Of a DNA stretch of 64,000 nt, positions 36,140-45,831 are shown piece after piece. Position numbers and translations under genes: made by a program. The notes under the pieces were generated by a model. It had not been told where the DNA came from. It saw only the letters and a program-made list of their open reading frames with translations, and did not search any database. This stretch comes from Sphingobacteriales bacterium (GTDB lineage Bacteria > Bacteroidota > Bacteroidia > Chitinophagales > Saprospiraceae): positions 8,603-72,602 of the forward strand of contig JBELIG010000002.1 in the NCBI GenBank assembly GCA_042091035.1, in the 5' to 3' direction. The first letter of the stretch is position 1; each line of letters opens with the position of its first letter.

Positions 36140-38959
36140 ATGCCCAAAGATAATAGTATCCGTTCCGTACTTATAATTGGCAGTGGTCCAATAATTATTG
36201 GCCAAGCCTGTGAATTTGATTATTCAGGTACACAAGCTTCTCGTTCTTTGATGGAGGAAGGTATAAAAGTGAGTTTGATAAACTCAAACCCTGCAACCAT
36301 CATGACTGATCCAATGACAGCAGATAAGATTTACTTAAAACCTCTAACAGTGGAGAGTATTGAGGAAATCCTTATTGAACAACCTGATATCGATTCCGTC
36401 CTGCCAACAATGGGAGGACAGACCGCTCTAAATCTAGCTATTGAAGCTGGAGAAAGAGGTATTTGGGAAAAATATAACATCAAACTTATTGGTGTTGACC
36501 TAGATGCAATCGAACTCACTGAAAACAGAGAGGCTTTCAGAAACCACATCATTGATATAGGCTTATCGGTGGCTCCTTCTAAAATTGCAAACTCTTTCTT
36601 GGAAGGTAAAGAAGCAGCACAGGAGATTGGCTTCCCACTCGTGATAAGACCATCCTATACCCTTGGAGGTTCTGGTGGCGGATTTGTTCACAAAGCCGAA
36701 GAATTTGACAATGCGCTAAGACATGGTTTAAATATGTCTCCGACCCACGAAGTCTTGGTAGAAAAGGCAGTATTGGGATGGAAAGAATATGAGCTTGAAC
36801 TTCTAAGAGACTCCAACGATAATGTAGTTATTATCTGTACAGTGGAGAACCTTGATCCAATGGGGATTCATACAGGAGACAGTATAACTGTTGCACCTGC
36901 GATGACTCTTTCAGATTCTGCATACCAAAGAATGCGTAATGAGGCTATACAATCTATGCGTTCACTTGGTAACTTTGCAGGTGGCTGTAATATTCAATTC
37001 TCTATCAATCCTGAAACGGAAGAGCTTATTGTAATTGAGATCAACCCAAGAGTTTCAAGATCTTCTGCACTAGCTTCTAAAGCTACTGGATATCCAATTG
37101 CAAAGATCGCTGCTAAACTAGCCATTGGGTATACACTTGATGAGTTGGACAACCAGATTACTGGTAATACATCTGCTTTCTTTGAACCTACATTAGATTA
37201 TGTGATCGTGAAGATGCCTAGATGGAACTTCAGTAAGTTCTATGGTTCTGATCATACACTTGGTCTTCAGATGAAATCAGTAGGAGAGGTGATGGCTATT
37301 GGACGTAGCTTCAAAGAAGCCTTACAGAAAGCCTGTCAATCCTTAGAAAATAATAGAGCAGGCTTAGGAACGGATCAAAAAGAGTGGATCAAAACTGAAG
37401 AAATCCTAACGAGATTAGAAAAACCTTCAGATGATAGAATCTTCAGAGTGAAGGATGCACTTAGATTGGGAGTACCCTCTAAGACAATACATAAATTAAC
37501 AAAAATAGATCCTTGGTTCATCAGACAAATCAAAGATTTGGTTGACCTTGAAGCAAAGATTTCTAGATACAACGTTCCTGAAGACCTAGATAAAGACTTT
37601 TTAGTAGAGCTTAAAAAAGCGGGGTACTCAGATAAACAAATCGCATGGAAGATGCGAATTGATGAACACCATATTACCAATCGCCGTCTAGCACTTGATA
37701 TTAGAAGAACATATAAAATGGTGGATACCTGTGCCGCAGAATTTGCAGCTCAAACACCATACTTCTATTCAACATTTGACACGGAGAATGAAAGTATACC
37801 TTCAGATAAGAAGAAAATCATAGTACTTGGTTCAGGACCCAATAGAATTGGACAGGGGATCGAGTTTGATTACTGCTGTGTACATGGTATTAAAGCGATT
37901 AAAGAGGCAGGATATGAGGCCATCATGGTCAATTGTAATCCTGAAACTGTATCAACCGATTTTGACATTGCAGACAAACTCTACTTTGAGCCTATATTTT
38001 GGGAACACTTAGAGGAAATCATTGCACTTGAAAAACCGGAGGGCGTTATTGTCCAGCTTGGTGGGCAAACAGCCTTGAAACTAGCAGAAACACTTAGAGA
38101 TAAGGGAATAAATATCATTGGTACTAGTTTCGAGTCTATGGACTTAGCAGAGGATAGAGGTGCATTCTCTGACCTTCTGAAAGAATTAGAAATACCTTAC
38201 CCAGACTACGGCGCTGCCGTTGATGTTGACCAAGCCATTGAGATCGCAAACAAGGTTAGCTATCCTGTACTTGTAAGACCTTCTTACGTATTAGGTGGCC
38301 AGAGTATGCGTATTGTGATCAATGACGAAGAACTTGAAAGACATGTACTTTCTATTTATAAGCAACTACCTGGTAACAAGATTCTAATCGATCAATTCCT
38401 TGATAGAGCTAAAGAAGCAGAGATTGATGCAATCTGTGACGGTGAAGATGTGCATATCATGGGTATCATGGAGCATATTGAACCTGCAGGTGTACACTCT
38501 GGTGATAGTTCTGCAGTGCTACCTACATATAGCTTAAGTGTTGATGTGATCAATCAAATGGTTGAGTATGCTAAAAAACTAGCCTTATCACTTCAGATCA
38601 AAGGCTTGATTAATATACAATTCGCCATAAAGGGTGAGAAAGTATTTGTGATTGAAGCAAATCCAAGAGCGTCTAGAACAACGCCGTTTATAGCAAAAGC
38701 ATATCAAGTTCCATACTTGAATATTGCTACAAAAGTTATGCTGGGTGCGAATACATTGAAAGATTTCACGATCACGCCTAAACCACAAGGATACGCAATT
38801 AAGGTTCCAGTATTCTCATTCGATAAATTCCCGAATGTTGATAAAAATCTAGGGCCTGAAATGAAATCCACAGGTGAAGCAATTCGATTCATAAAAGACC
38901 TTACTGATCCTTTCTTTAGAGATTTGGATAGTAAACGAAATATGTATTTAAGTAGATAA
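36140..38959 (+). CDS. carB: Carbamoyl-phosphate synthase large subunit, short form lacking the C-terminal allosteric (MGS-like) domain
   Basis: It has two ATP-grasp halves ('VLIIGSGPIIIGQACEFDYSGTQA' and 'IIVLGSGPNRIGQGIEFDYCCVHG'). The protein ends about 30 aa after 'MKSTGEAIRF' at residue 939. Confidence 0.93.
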   Translation: MPKDNSIRSVLIIGSGPIIIGQACEFDYSGTQASRSLMEEGIKVSLINSNPATIMTDPMTADKIYLKPLTVESIEEILIEQPDIDSVLPTMGGQTALNLAIEAGERGIWEKYNIKLIGVDLDAIELTENREAFRNHIIDIGLSVAPSKIANSFLEGKEAAQEIGFPLVIRPSYTLGGSGGGFVHKAEEFDNALRHGLNMSPTHEVLVEKAVLGWKEYELELLRDSNDNVVIICTVENLDPMGIHTGDSITVAPAMTLSDSAYQRMRNEAIQSMRSLGNFAGGCNIQFSINPETEELIVIEINPRVSRSSALASKATGYPIAKIAAKLAIGYTLDELDNQITGNTSAFFEPTLDYVIVKMPRWNFSKFYGSDHTLGLQMKSVGEVMAIGRSFKEALQKACQSLENNRAGLGTDQKEWIKTEEILTRLEKPSDDRIFRVKDALRLGVPSKTIHKLTKIDPWFIRQIKDLVDLEAKISRYNVPEDLDKDFLVELKKAGYSDKQIAWKMRIDEHHITNRRLALDIRRTYKMVDTCAAEFAAQTPYFYSTFDTENESIPSDKKKIIVLGSGPNRIGQGIEFDYCCVHGIKAIKEAGYEAIMVNCNPETVSTDFDIADKLYFEPIFWEHLEEIIALEKPEGVIVQLGGQTALKLAETLRDKGINIIGTSFESMDLAEDRGAFSDLLKELEIPYPDYGAAVDVDQAIEIANKVSYPVLVRPSYVLGGQSMRIVINDEELERHVLSIYKQLPGNKILIDQFLDRAKEAEIDAICDGEDVHIMGIMEHIEPAGVHSGDSSAVLPTYSLSVDVINQMVEYAKKLALSLQIKGLINIQFAIKGEKVFVIEANPRASRTTPFIAKAYQVPYLNIATKVMLGANTLKDFTITPKPQGYAIKVPVFSFDKFPNVDKNLGPEMKSTGEAIRFIKDLTDPFFRDLDSKRNMYLSR

Positions 38960-38962
38960 AAT

Positions 38963-38995
38963 AAAAAAGGATGCTCTGGAGCATCCTTTTTTTTA
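38963..38995. terminator. Bidirectional terminator between carB (+) and the oxidoreductase gene (-)
   Basis: The sequence aaaaaaGGATGCTCtgGAGCATCCtttttttt has a stem of 7-8 bp. Confidence 0.8.
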
Positions 38996-40018
38996 TACCG
39001 TTACAACAACTTTTCCGATGGTCTTCCCCGTTCGAAATAATCTTAGAGCATCCGGTAATTTATCGAATGAAAAGGTCTCCCCTACAGTTGGCTTTTCAAG
39101 CTCAAGCTCAGCCAATTCTTCCAATAGTTTATGCATCAAATCTGCACGCTCATAAAGGTAAATCAAATTGAAGCCTAAGATTCCTTTATTATATTGAATC
39201 ATCTGTTGAGGATCTATCATTGGTCTACGTTTATACTTAAGGAAAAGATCAATAAAACGTGGCTTATCTCGATCACTCGCATAGTAGGCAGACCCATATA
39301 CTACCATTCTTCCCTGTTCTGCAAGCGACTGATAACCTTCCTTAAGAACAGGCCCACCGATACATTCAAGAATTAAGTTTAGTGGACGATCATCAAGCAC
39401 ATCTTTTAGCTGAGGTCCAAAGTTTTTATTATCTCTGACAATGACCTGATCATATCCCTCATTTTTGCAATATTCTACCTTTGACTCACTACCAACTGTA
39501 CCTATTGTATATGCCCCAAACTTCTTTGCAATACGATTTGCATAAGTACCTACACCGCCAGCAGCGGAGTGGACAAGTACATTCATACCCTCTTTTAGAC
39601 CGCCTAAATCCAACAGAGCATAGTATGCAGTCAAAGACTGAACAAGATAAGCTGCACCTTCTGAATAAGTCCATGTGTCTGCCAGCGCTACCAAATATCT
39701 TTCATCAATATTTAGATGACTTGAATAAGCTCCAAACCTACAGATTCCCATCACACGATCGCCCGGCTTAAATTGAGAAGCACCTGCACCAACAGATTCA
39801 ACAATCCCAGAATATTCAAGTCCTGGAATAAAAGGTCCTTTAGGAATGGCGGAATACAATTTCCAAACAGAAAAGACATCTGCAAAATTCAATCCTATTG
39901 CTTTCAAGCTAACTCTTACTTCACCCTGTCCTGGCTCCTCAAGCGTCTCCTTAGTAATTCGCAAGCTCTTCATAGACCCCGGATTAATTCTGTATACTTC
40001 TCTGCTTATACTTGTCAT
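38993..40018 (-). CDS. Zinc-type alcohol dehydrogenase superfamily (MDR) quinone oxidoreductase-like protein
   Basis: The sequence 'GEVRVSLKAIGLNFADV...PFIPGLEYSGIVESVG...GDRVMG' and the NAD(P) fold 'VLVHSAAGGVGTYA' support the call. The protein is 341 aa. Confidence 0.8.
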   Translation of the reverse strand: MTSISREVYRINPGSMKSLRITKETLEEPGQGEVRVSLKAIGLNFADVFSVWKLYSAIPKGPFIPGLEYSGIVESVGAGASQFKPGDRVMGICRFGAYSSHLNIDERYLVALADTWTYSEGAAYLVQSLTAYYALLDLGGLKEGMNVLVHSAAGGVGTYANRIAKKFGAYTIGTVGSESKVEYCKNEGYDQVIVRDNKNFGPQLKDVLDDRPLNLILECIGGPVLKEGYQSLAEQGRMVVYGSAYYASDRDKPRFIDLFLKYKRRPMIDPQQMIQYNKGILGFNLIYLYERADLMHKLLEELAELELEKPTVGETFSFDKLPDALRLFRTGKTIGKVVVTV

Positions 40019-40037
40019 ACAACTTGTTTGTAAAAAT

Positions 40038-40071
40038 TAAATTAGCCATTCTAAATAGAATGGCTAATTTA
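40038..40071 (-). terminator. Terminator hairpin after the 805-aa/77-aa gene pair
   Basis: The sequence TTAGCCATTCTaaatAGAATGGCTAA has an 11-bp perfect stem. It is followed on the minus strand by TTTAATTTTT. Confidence 0.7.
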
Positions 40072-40099
40072 TTTAAATAATTATCTTTTTTCAAAGCAC

Positions 40100-40333
40100 T
40101 TACGAATTACCTGATTTCTTTTTCTCTGAGATCTTTGAGCCTTTATTCATTCCCTCAAATCCTTTTTTACCTGATAGTTGAGAATTCTTTATTGGATCAG
40201 TATCATTCAATGCTGGATCCGGTAGTTCTTCTGTATAGCCCGCATCCATCTCAAGTGCATTGCGACTTGAGCCACAGGAAATCAAGCTTACAACTATAAA
40301 AAAACTAAGTACCCTGAATAATGATTTTTTCAT
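40100..40333 (-). CDS. 77-aa lipoprotein, hypothetical
   Basis: The lipobox is 'VSLISCGSS' and the C-terminus is Lys-rich. The start lies 29 nt inside the 3' end of the upstream 805-aa gene. Confidence 0.5.
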   Translation of the reverse strand: MKKSLFRVLSFFIVVSLISCGSSRNALEMDAGYTEELPDPALNDTDPIKNSQLSGKKGFEGMNKGSKISEKKKSGNS

Positions 40334-42722
40334 TCGATAGTATTTTTCCTGAATATTCTTTGATCACAAGATAATAAACTCCCTTCGATAATACATCAGT
40401 ATTGAAAGTAAGTCTTTGGACACCAGGCTTAAGAAATCCAGAAAAAAAATTCCGAACTAATTTACCTGATGCATCCACTAGCATAATAGTAAGCCCCAAA
40501 CGCTCCCTCAGTTGCATGTCAGCACTAAAAGAATGTACAGCTGGATTCGGATAGACCGACAAGCTTGCCAAGTCTGAGACTTTATTCAAACTGCTAAGCG
40601 TGCTAACCGTGATAAAGTCCTCTTTGAAAACCTGTGACTCTCCAAAAGCATTTGACACAGACAATTCGACTGAGTATATACCCGGTTCTTTAAATACAAC
40701 GACGGGGTTCTGGATGTTGTGGTATTGCTCATCAGCACCTTCAATAATCCATTCCCAATAGTCAACCTCTGAAAGACTCACACCTTGAAAAATAACATTT
40801 TCATCTACGGTAACACTTGAGCTTGTTACCTGAATATCGGCTTCTGGCAAAACACCGACTTGTACAAAATCATATTTTGTAACCTGCTGAGTTCCAAAAG
40901 CATTTGACACAGACAATGTAACATCATAATTCCCCGGGCTTAAATACTCTACGACTGGATTGGGGTCAGTAGAAAACGATGGATTACCATTGGGAAATGA
41001 CCAATATCTATTTTCAACAGCAGATGAGGGTTCATCCGAAAAACTAACCGACAAGGGACCTACACCAAATGTATTACTTGCAATAAAATCCGACAAAGGA
41101 GCATTGCCATTATTACCTATACTCACCTCCCCAATAAAATTTCCAAACTTCATATTTTTACCATAGCATCCAAAAACCCAAACCGTAGGGTCGTCAGTTT
41201 CAAATTGCATTACAGTAGAGGTATAATCACCCCACCGTTGATTCAAATTATTGGATATTGATATTGGTGATTCACCACTTTTTATAAGGATTGAATTGGT
41301 GGAATTCATGTACTTATCAATCTTAAATGCTCTAATTTCTGGATACAGAGATTGACCAGAACGAAGACAGGATATCAAGACTGAAAATTGATTGTTTTCT
41401 GTTTCAAAGGCTGAGATAGATGGATAAGCATAATCAAAACCTAGCAGTCCATAATCAATTGAGTAACTTTCATAATCATTGAGATCGAATTTAGTATATC
41501 GAATTCCTGCATAGCCATTTCCAAAATCAGTGGCATGTACAAAATGTAGTTTCTCGTCGGCATAAAACCCATCCCTAAGTCGAACTCCACCAGTAAATAA
41601 TTTCTTATCCGATCCATTCTGAGAAGCCTCTACTGGAGCAGCATAACTCATTGTAGGTATAGAAAACACTTCCAATACTTGCTCGGCAGAAAGTTGGTCC
41701 GTAATCCTATACAACAAGAATGAGTTTCCTCCAGCGGGATTTGTACTTATCAAATATAAACCTGAACTATAATTTTCCGCTACCCCCGAAGACATTGGCT
41801 TTATGGTAAAAGATCCAACTCCCATGCCATCTGAAATATTTTCAAATATCTCCCAAGAAGCTTCTTCACCAGCATAAAGTGCAGTCTTATCCAACTGAAT
41901 TACTACAGATTGTGTAAACTGAGCACTACTCGTGAACATGTTTCCACTTATAAAAATATCCTCTGCAGAGACCCCAACGTTAGGATAGTCAAACCAAGCA
42001 TCCGCCTCTATATCTGATGCGAGGATTGTGGTTGTGTTCCAACCGTCCAATGGATTGCCAGACGCTGATACAGAAACAACAACCCTGTTTGATTGTGGTG
42101 AATTAGAATATAGACATACAATAATAAATCTGTCCGCCTCAACGTCATAGATAATCCTAGGGTCAAAGAAGAAATATCCTAAATCAAGAAAACTATAAAA
42201 TTGCCCTAAGGACTGACTATTCAAAAACACTACACCACCAGAATTGTAAAAACTAATGGAAGAATTTGTAAGACTAACAATATAGCCATCATTAGAAATT
42301 GCCATCGCATTATCCGAAGGATACCAACTATTATATGCGTTGCCTTCAAACCCATTGACAAGGGCTATACCCCCATCAGCATCGGATTCTACAAGATTGA
42401 ATGGGTCGAATTTAGTATTAAGTTTACTAGACCTAAGCTTATCGATCTCAGCATCAAGTTCAAGCTTATCTTGAATACTTGCTTGGCCTTGTTCTATGGC
42501 TACAAGGCTCAAGTCAAAATCCTTGCTCGAACTTAAGTCTATATCATGGAATATTGGAAAAAGTGGATTAGACTTACTAACAGGCTGAATGCTATTAATC
42601 TTATGTTCCTTATGAAGTGTTTCTTCCGATTTAATTTCCACAAGGTCTTCCTGTGCAGATACGGTAAAAATCGGAAACATTATGAGTGCAAAAAGCAGCA
42701 AAAAGCAGGTGTAGTTTTTCAT
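40305..42722 (-). CDS. 805-aa secreted protein: unknown N-terminal region, two PKD-like domains and a T9SS type-A C-terminal sorting domain
   Basis: It has a signal peptide. The PKD-like repeats read 'GPLSVSFSDEPSS...YWSFPNGNPSFSTDPNPVVEYLSPGNYDVTLSVSNAFG' and '...VVVFKEPGIYSVELSVSNAFG'. The CTD reads 'LSVYPNPAVHSF...GVYYLVIKEYSGKILSNEKIIIQ'. Confidence 0.8.
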   Translation of the reverse strand: MKNYTCFLLLFALIMFPIFTVSAQEDLVEIKSEETLHKEHKINSIQPVSKSNPLFPIFHDIDLSSSKDFDLSLVAIEQGQASIQDKLELDAEIDKLRSSKLNTKFDPFNLVESDADGGIALVNGFEGNAYNSWYPSDNAMAISNDGYIVSLTNSSISFYNSGGVVFLNSQSLGQFYSFLDLGYFFFDPRIIYDVEADRFIIVCLYSNSPQSNRVVVSVSASGNPLDGWNTTTILASDIEADAWFDYPNVGVSAEDIFISGNMFTSSAQFTQSVVIQLDKTALYAGEEASWEIFENISDGMGVGSFTIKPMSSGVAENYSSGLYLISTNPAGGNSFLLYRITDQLSAEQVLEVFSIPTMSYAAPVEASQNGSDKKLFTGGVRLRDGFYADEKLHFVHATDFGNGYAGIRYTKFDLNDYESYSIDYGLLGFDYAYPSISAFETENNQFSVLISCLRSGQSLYPEIRAFKIDKYMNSTNSILIKSGESPISISNNLNQRWGDYTSTVMQFETDDPTVWVFGCYGKNMKFGNFIGEVSIGNNGNAPLSDFIASNTFGVGPLSVSFSDEPSSAVENRYWSFPNGNPSFSTDPNPVVEYLSPGNYDVTLSVSNAFGTQQVTKYDFVQVGVLPEADIQVTSSSVTVDENVIFQGVSLSEVDYWEWIIEGADEQYHNIQNPVVVFKEPGIYSVELSVSNAFGESQVFKEDFITVSTLSSLNKVSDLASLSVYPNPAVHSFSADMQLRERLGLTIMLVDASGKLVRNFFSGFLKPGVQRLTFNTDVLSKGVYYLVIKEYSGKILSNEKIIIQGT

Positions 42723-42859
42723 TTTGGTTTCTTGTTTGGTTTGTCAAGAGACAAGAGTTTCCAAACAAGTAGTACAGGTCTATCAAATTGCCTTATAATT
42801 GACAATAAATCAATCTGTTGTTAGCAAGACATCTACATTTTGCAATTCATTTTGCCAAT

Positions 42860-42896
42860 AAAAAAAGGGCGATTAATATTTAATCGCCCTTTTTAT
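42860..42896 (-). terminator. Rho-independent terminator (minus strand) after gldH
   Basis: The sequence aaaaaaaGGGCGATTAatattTAATCGCCCttttt has a 9-bp stem and directly abuts the gldH stop. Confidence 0.8.
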
Positions 42897-43369
42897 TATT
42901 TCGCTATGCTTTCTGTCAGTCGAAGGGTAAAGTCCCTAAAGCCCCAAAGGCTATCCTTCCTACTAAACTGTTCAAATCCTATTACATAATCTCCTACTTG
43001 GTCAAAGCGCACAGAAGTTTGCAAAGGAATAGTAAGCTTGCAGGTTTCAGCATTACATTTACCATACCAACGACCTGTCTTTTCTGCCATTTCAAAGGAC
43101 AAGACTTGATCTATGCGCTTGGCATCAGGATATATTGTGGATATAGTGCTATATAAATTCTGGTATGGGAAACGAGCATTATGACCGATATCCACCATCA
43201 AATCGTATTGTTTAGAGGTGTCCTGTATGGAGAATGCAAAATTCAGAGAATCACCATAAGCCCATACCTCATTTTCGAAACCTACAGTCTCTTCAAAAAC
43301 AATTTTCGGACCACAAGAAAAAAGTATCAAACAAAAAGCACCAAAAAATAATCTTTTAATTGCCTTCAT
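42896..43369 (-). CDS. gldH: GldH-family gliding-motility/T9SS-associated lipoprotein
   Basis: The lipobox is 'LILFSCGPK' and the protein is 157 aa. The pattern 'W...F.F.I.D....Y.L.....H...FPYQNLY......YPD......D...F.....G.W.G' matches the GldH family from memory. Confidence 0.7.
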   Translation of the reverse strand: MKAIKRLFFGAFCLILFSCGPKIVFEETVGFENEVWAYGDSLNFAFSIQDTSKQYDLMVDIGHNARFPYQNLYSTISTIYPDAKRIDQVLSFEMAEKTGRWYGKCNAETCKLTIPLQTSVRFDQVGDYVIGFEQFSRKDSLWGFRDFTLRLTESIAK

Positions 43370-43370
43370 A

Positions 43371-44546
43371 CTAGTTGAATATATCCTTCATTCTGCCTAA
43401 GAAACCCTTTGACTGATTATCCGGATTAGGATTAAAGTTATCAGAGTCCCTCATTGTTTGAAGCATTTTGCGCTCCTCTGAAGACAACTTCTTAGGAGTC
43501 CAAACATTTACATGAATCAGTAAATCACCCCTTCCGTAAGCTTGCACCTCAGGCAGACCCTTTCCTTTCAAACGGAAAATCTTACCTGCTTGTGTACCTT
43601 CAGGAATTTTAATCTTCACACGGCCATCAAGTGTAGGTACTTCTATAGATGCGCCAAGCGCTAAATCAGCAAAGTTTACATACAAATCATAGATTAAAGA
43701 TTGACCATCTCTTTCAAAATGCTCATGTTCCTTCTCCGTCACTACAACTAAAAGATCACCATTTGGGCCACCAAATCTTCCTGCAGATCCTTTACCTCTA
43801 AAAGTAATCTGCATACCCTCTGAAACACCTGCTGGGATATCAAGCTCTAATGTCTCTTCGCTAAAGATGACACCTTCACCTCTACAAGAACCACATTTTG
43901 CTGTTACTATCTCACCTCTTCCATTACAGGTCGGACAAGTCACAGTAGTTTGCATCTGACCAAACATCGTCGATCGGATTTGATTGACAGCACCTCGACC
44001 ACCACAAGTAGTACAGGTAGTTACTGAGTTTGCATCTTTCGCCCCTGATCCGTTACAGGTTGTACAAGCATTATGCTTCTTTACCTTCACTTTTTTCTTA
44101 ACTCCAGCAGCGATCTCTTCAAGGCTTAGACTAACTTTTATACGAAGATTCTTTCCTCGCTCACCGCGGCTTCTAGCACGACCGCCGCCGCCACCGCCAA
44201 AGAATGATGAAAATGGATCTCCTCCACCGCTACCACCACCGCCGAATATATCTCCGAAATGAGAGAAAATATCGTCCATGGTCATTCCAGCACCACCAGC
44301 ACCTCCAAATCCTGCGTTTGGATCAACACCTGCATGACCATAACGATCATAACGAGCCTTTTTCTCTGCATTACTCAGTATTTCATAAGCCTCGGCAGCC
44401 TCCTTAAAATTCTCCTCCGCTTCCTTGTTATCAGGATTCTTATCGGGGTGAAATTTAATCGCTTTTTTTCTATATGCTTTCTTGATTGTCGACTCGTCTG
44501 CTGATTTGTCAACCCCCAATACATCGTAATAATCTCTCTTTGCCAT
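43371..44546 (-). CDS. dnaJ: Molecular chaperone DnaJ
   Basis: The J domain reads 'DYYDVLGV...[17 protein letters not shown]'. It has a G/F-rich linker and four CxxCxGxG zinc-finger repeats. Confidence 0.95.
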   Translation of the reverse strand: MAKRDYYDVLGVDKSADESTIKKAYRKKAIKFHPDKNPDNKEAEENFKEAAEAYEILSNAEKKARYDRYGHAGVDPNAGFGGAGGAGMTMDDIFSHFGDIFGGGGSGGGDPFSSFFGGGGGGRARSRGERGKNLRIKVSLSLEEIAAGVKKKVKVKKHNACTTCNGSGAKDANSVTTCTTCGGRGAVNQIRSTMFGQMQTTVTCPTCNGRGEIVTAKCGSCRGEGVIFSEETLELDIPAGVSEGMQITFRGKGSAGRFGGPNGDLLVVVTEKEHEHFERDGQSLIYDLYVNFADLALGASIEVPTLDGRVKIKIPEGTQAGKIFRLKGKGLPEVQAYGRGDLLIHVNVWTPKKLSSEERKMLQTMRDSDNFNPNPDNQSKGFLGRMKDIFN

Positions 44547-44562
44547 TATCTAAATATTATGA

Positions 44563-45108
44563 TTATTCGCCAACCACTACTTTGGCATAACGGATAATCT
44601 GATCATTAAGGGTATAACCAAACTCAATCGTATCTATTACCTTTCCTTTTAGGTCAGGAGTAGGAGCGGGAATTTTTGTAATTGCTTCATGTAGTTCTGA
44701 ATCAAAAACTTCACCAGTTGATTTCATCATCTCAAGGCCTTTTGCTTGAAGCGCTTTGAATAATTTATCGTAAACGAGCTGAACGCCTTCACTAAAAGAT
44801 TCGTCATTACTATCTTTAGCCGCATTTTGTCTAGCACGCTCAAAATCGTCTAAGACAGGGATAATAGACATCATAACATCCTTAGATGCAGTCCTTCTAA
44901 TTTCAAGCGTTTCTTTTGCAGTACGCTTCTTATAGTTTTCAAAGTCAGAAAACAACCTAAGGTATTTATCCTTTATCTGCTGAACTTCATTGTTTGCACT
45001 ATCAGCACTAGTCTGCTGTTCCTCGGATTTAGTATCTGTCGCCGTATCCTCTACATTGATGTTTTCATCCATCACTTCCTCGTTCTGCTTACTATCTTTT
45101 TTAGCCAT
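44563..45108 (-). CDS. grpE: Nucleotide exchange factor GrpE
   Basis: The sequence 'KDKYLRLFSDFENYKKRTAKE...ILPVLDDFERA...GYTLNDQIIRYAKVVV' supports the call. Confidence 0.93.
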   Translation of the reverse strand: MAKKDSKQNEEVMDENINVEDTATDTKSEEQQTSADSANNEVQQIKDKYLRLFSDFENYKKRTAKETLEIRRTASKDVMMSIIPVLDDFERARQNAAKDSNDESFSEGVQLVYDKLFKALQAKGLEMMKSTGEVFDSELHEAITKIPAPTPDLKGKVIDTIEFGYTLNDQIIRYAKVVVGE

Positions 45109-45180
45109 TCTTTTTATCAGATTTTACATTCAAGCACAAAAGTACAAATTACCTGCCAAACCTACTATTTTGACAAATTG

Positions 45181-45735
45181 TCAGTTACTGACATGCGTAT
45201 TAAGAAAAGAATCTATTTCATCCACAGAAGGATTGGTTAAAGCAATAGTGCCTTCGGGGCTAATCAGAAATTTCTGAGGCACTTCATTTATTCCCCACAC
45301 ATCTGAAATTGGGCCATTAAAAAAACGAAGGCTTGTTGCCTTATCAAAGATATGATAAGGCCAACTTAGACCATCCTTACGAATAGCATGCTTTAGTGCT
45401 GTTTCATCTTTATCTATAGCCACAGATACAATATCAAAGCCAGAGGCATTATTGAACGACTTTCCATTAAATTTTCTAAATAAATTGACTAGACTGGGAT
45501 TTTCTCTCCTACAAGGTGCACACCATGAGCCCCAAAAATCTACCAATACATATCTGCCCTTTAGCTGCTGAAGATCGAAAGCATTTCCATTCAATAATTC
45601 AGCGACTAAGTCAGGCGCCTTTTCTCCCTGATCTACATCCGGCTGAAAATAATAGGACCGTCCCAATATTAGTAATGCTATAAAAACTAAAGAGATAAGA
45701 GACCCTTTACTTTGCTTTTTCATATTTGATTGCAT
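45181..45735 (-). CDS. TlpA/ResA-like thiol-disulfide oxidoreductase (thioredoxin fold)
   Basis: It has an N-terminal membrane or signal segment, and the active site is 'FWGSWCAPCRRENP'. Confidence 0.8.
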   Translation of the reverse strand: MQSNMKKQSKGSLISLVFIALLILGRSYYFQPDVDQGEKAPDLVAELLNGNAFDLQQLKGRYVLVDFWGSWCAPCRRENPSLVNLFRKFNGKSFNNASGFDIVSVAIDKDETALKHAIRKDGLSWPYHIFDKATSLRFFNGPISDVWGINEVPQKFLISPEGTIALTNPSVDEIDSFLNTHVSN

Positions 45736-45831
45736 TTAATTGCCTATTTGTAGTTATTTTCACGCTGCAAATTAAAAGAAAACTGTCCTGCTTTATATTT
45801 TATTTGATAGCAGGATCTAAAAATAAGACAA

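Noticed and set aside
43984-44504. Three plus-strand ORFs (67-92 aa, one very Pro-rich) antisense to dnaJ.
   Set aside because: They are artefacts of the GGN-rich Gly/Phe linker of dnaJ read on the opposite strand (CCN = Pro).
45109-45180. A CIRCE/HrcA operator (TTAGCACTC-N9-GAGTGCTAA) upstream of grpE-dnaJ.
   Set aside because: No match or convincing inverted repeat is present in the 72-nt upstream region.
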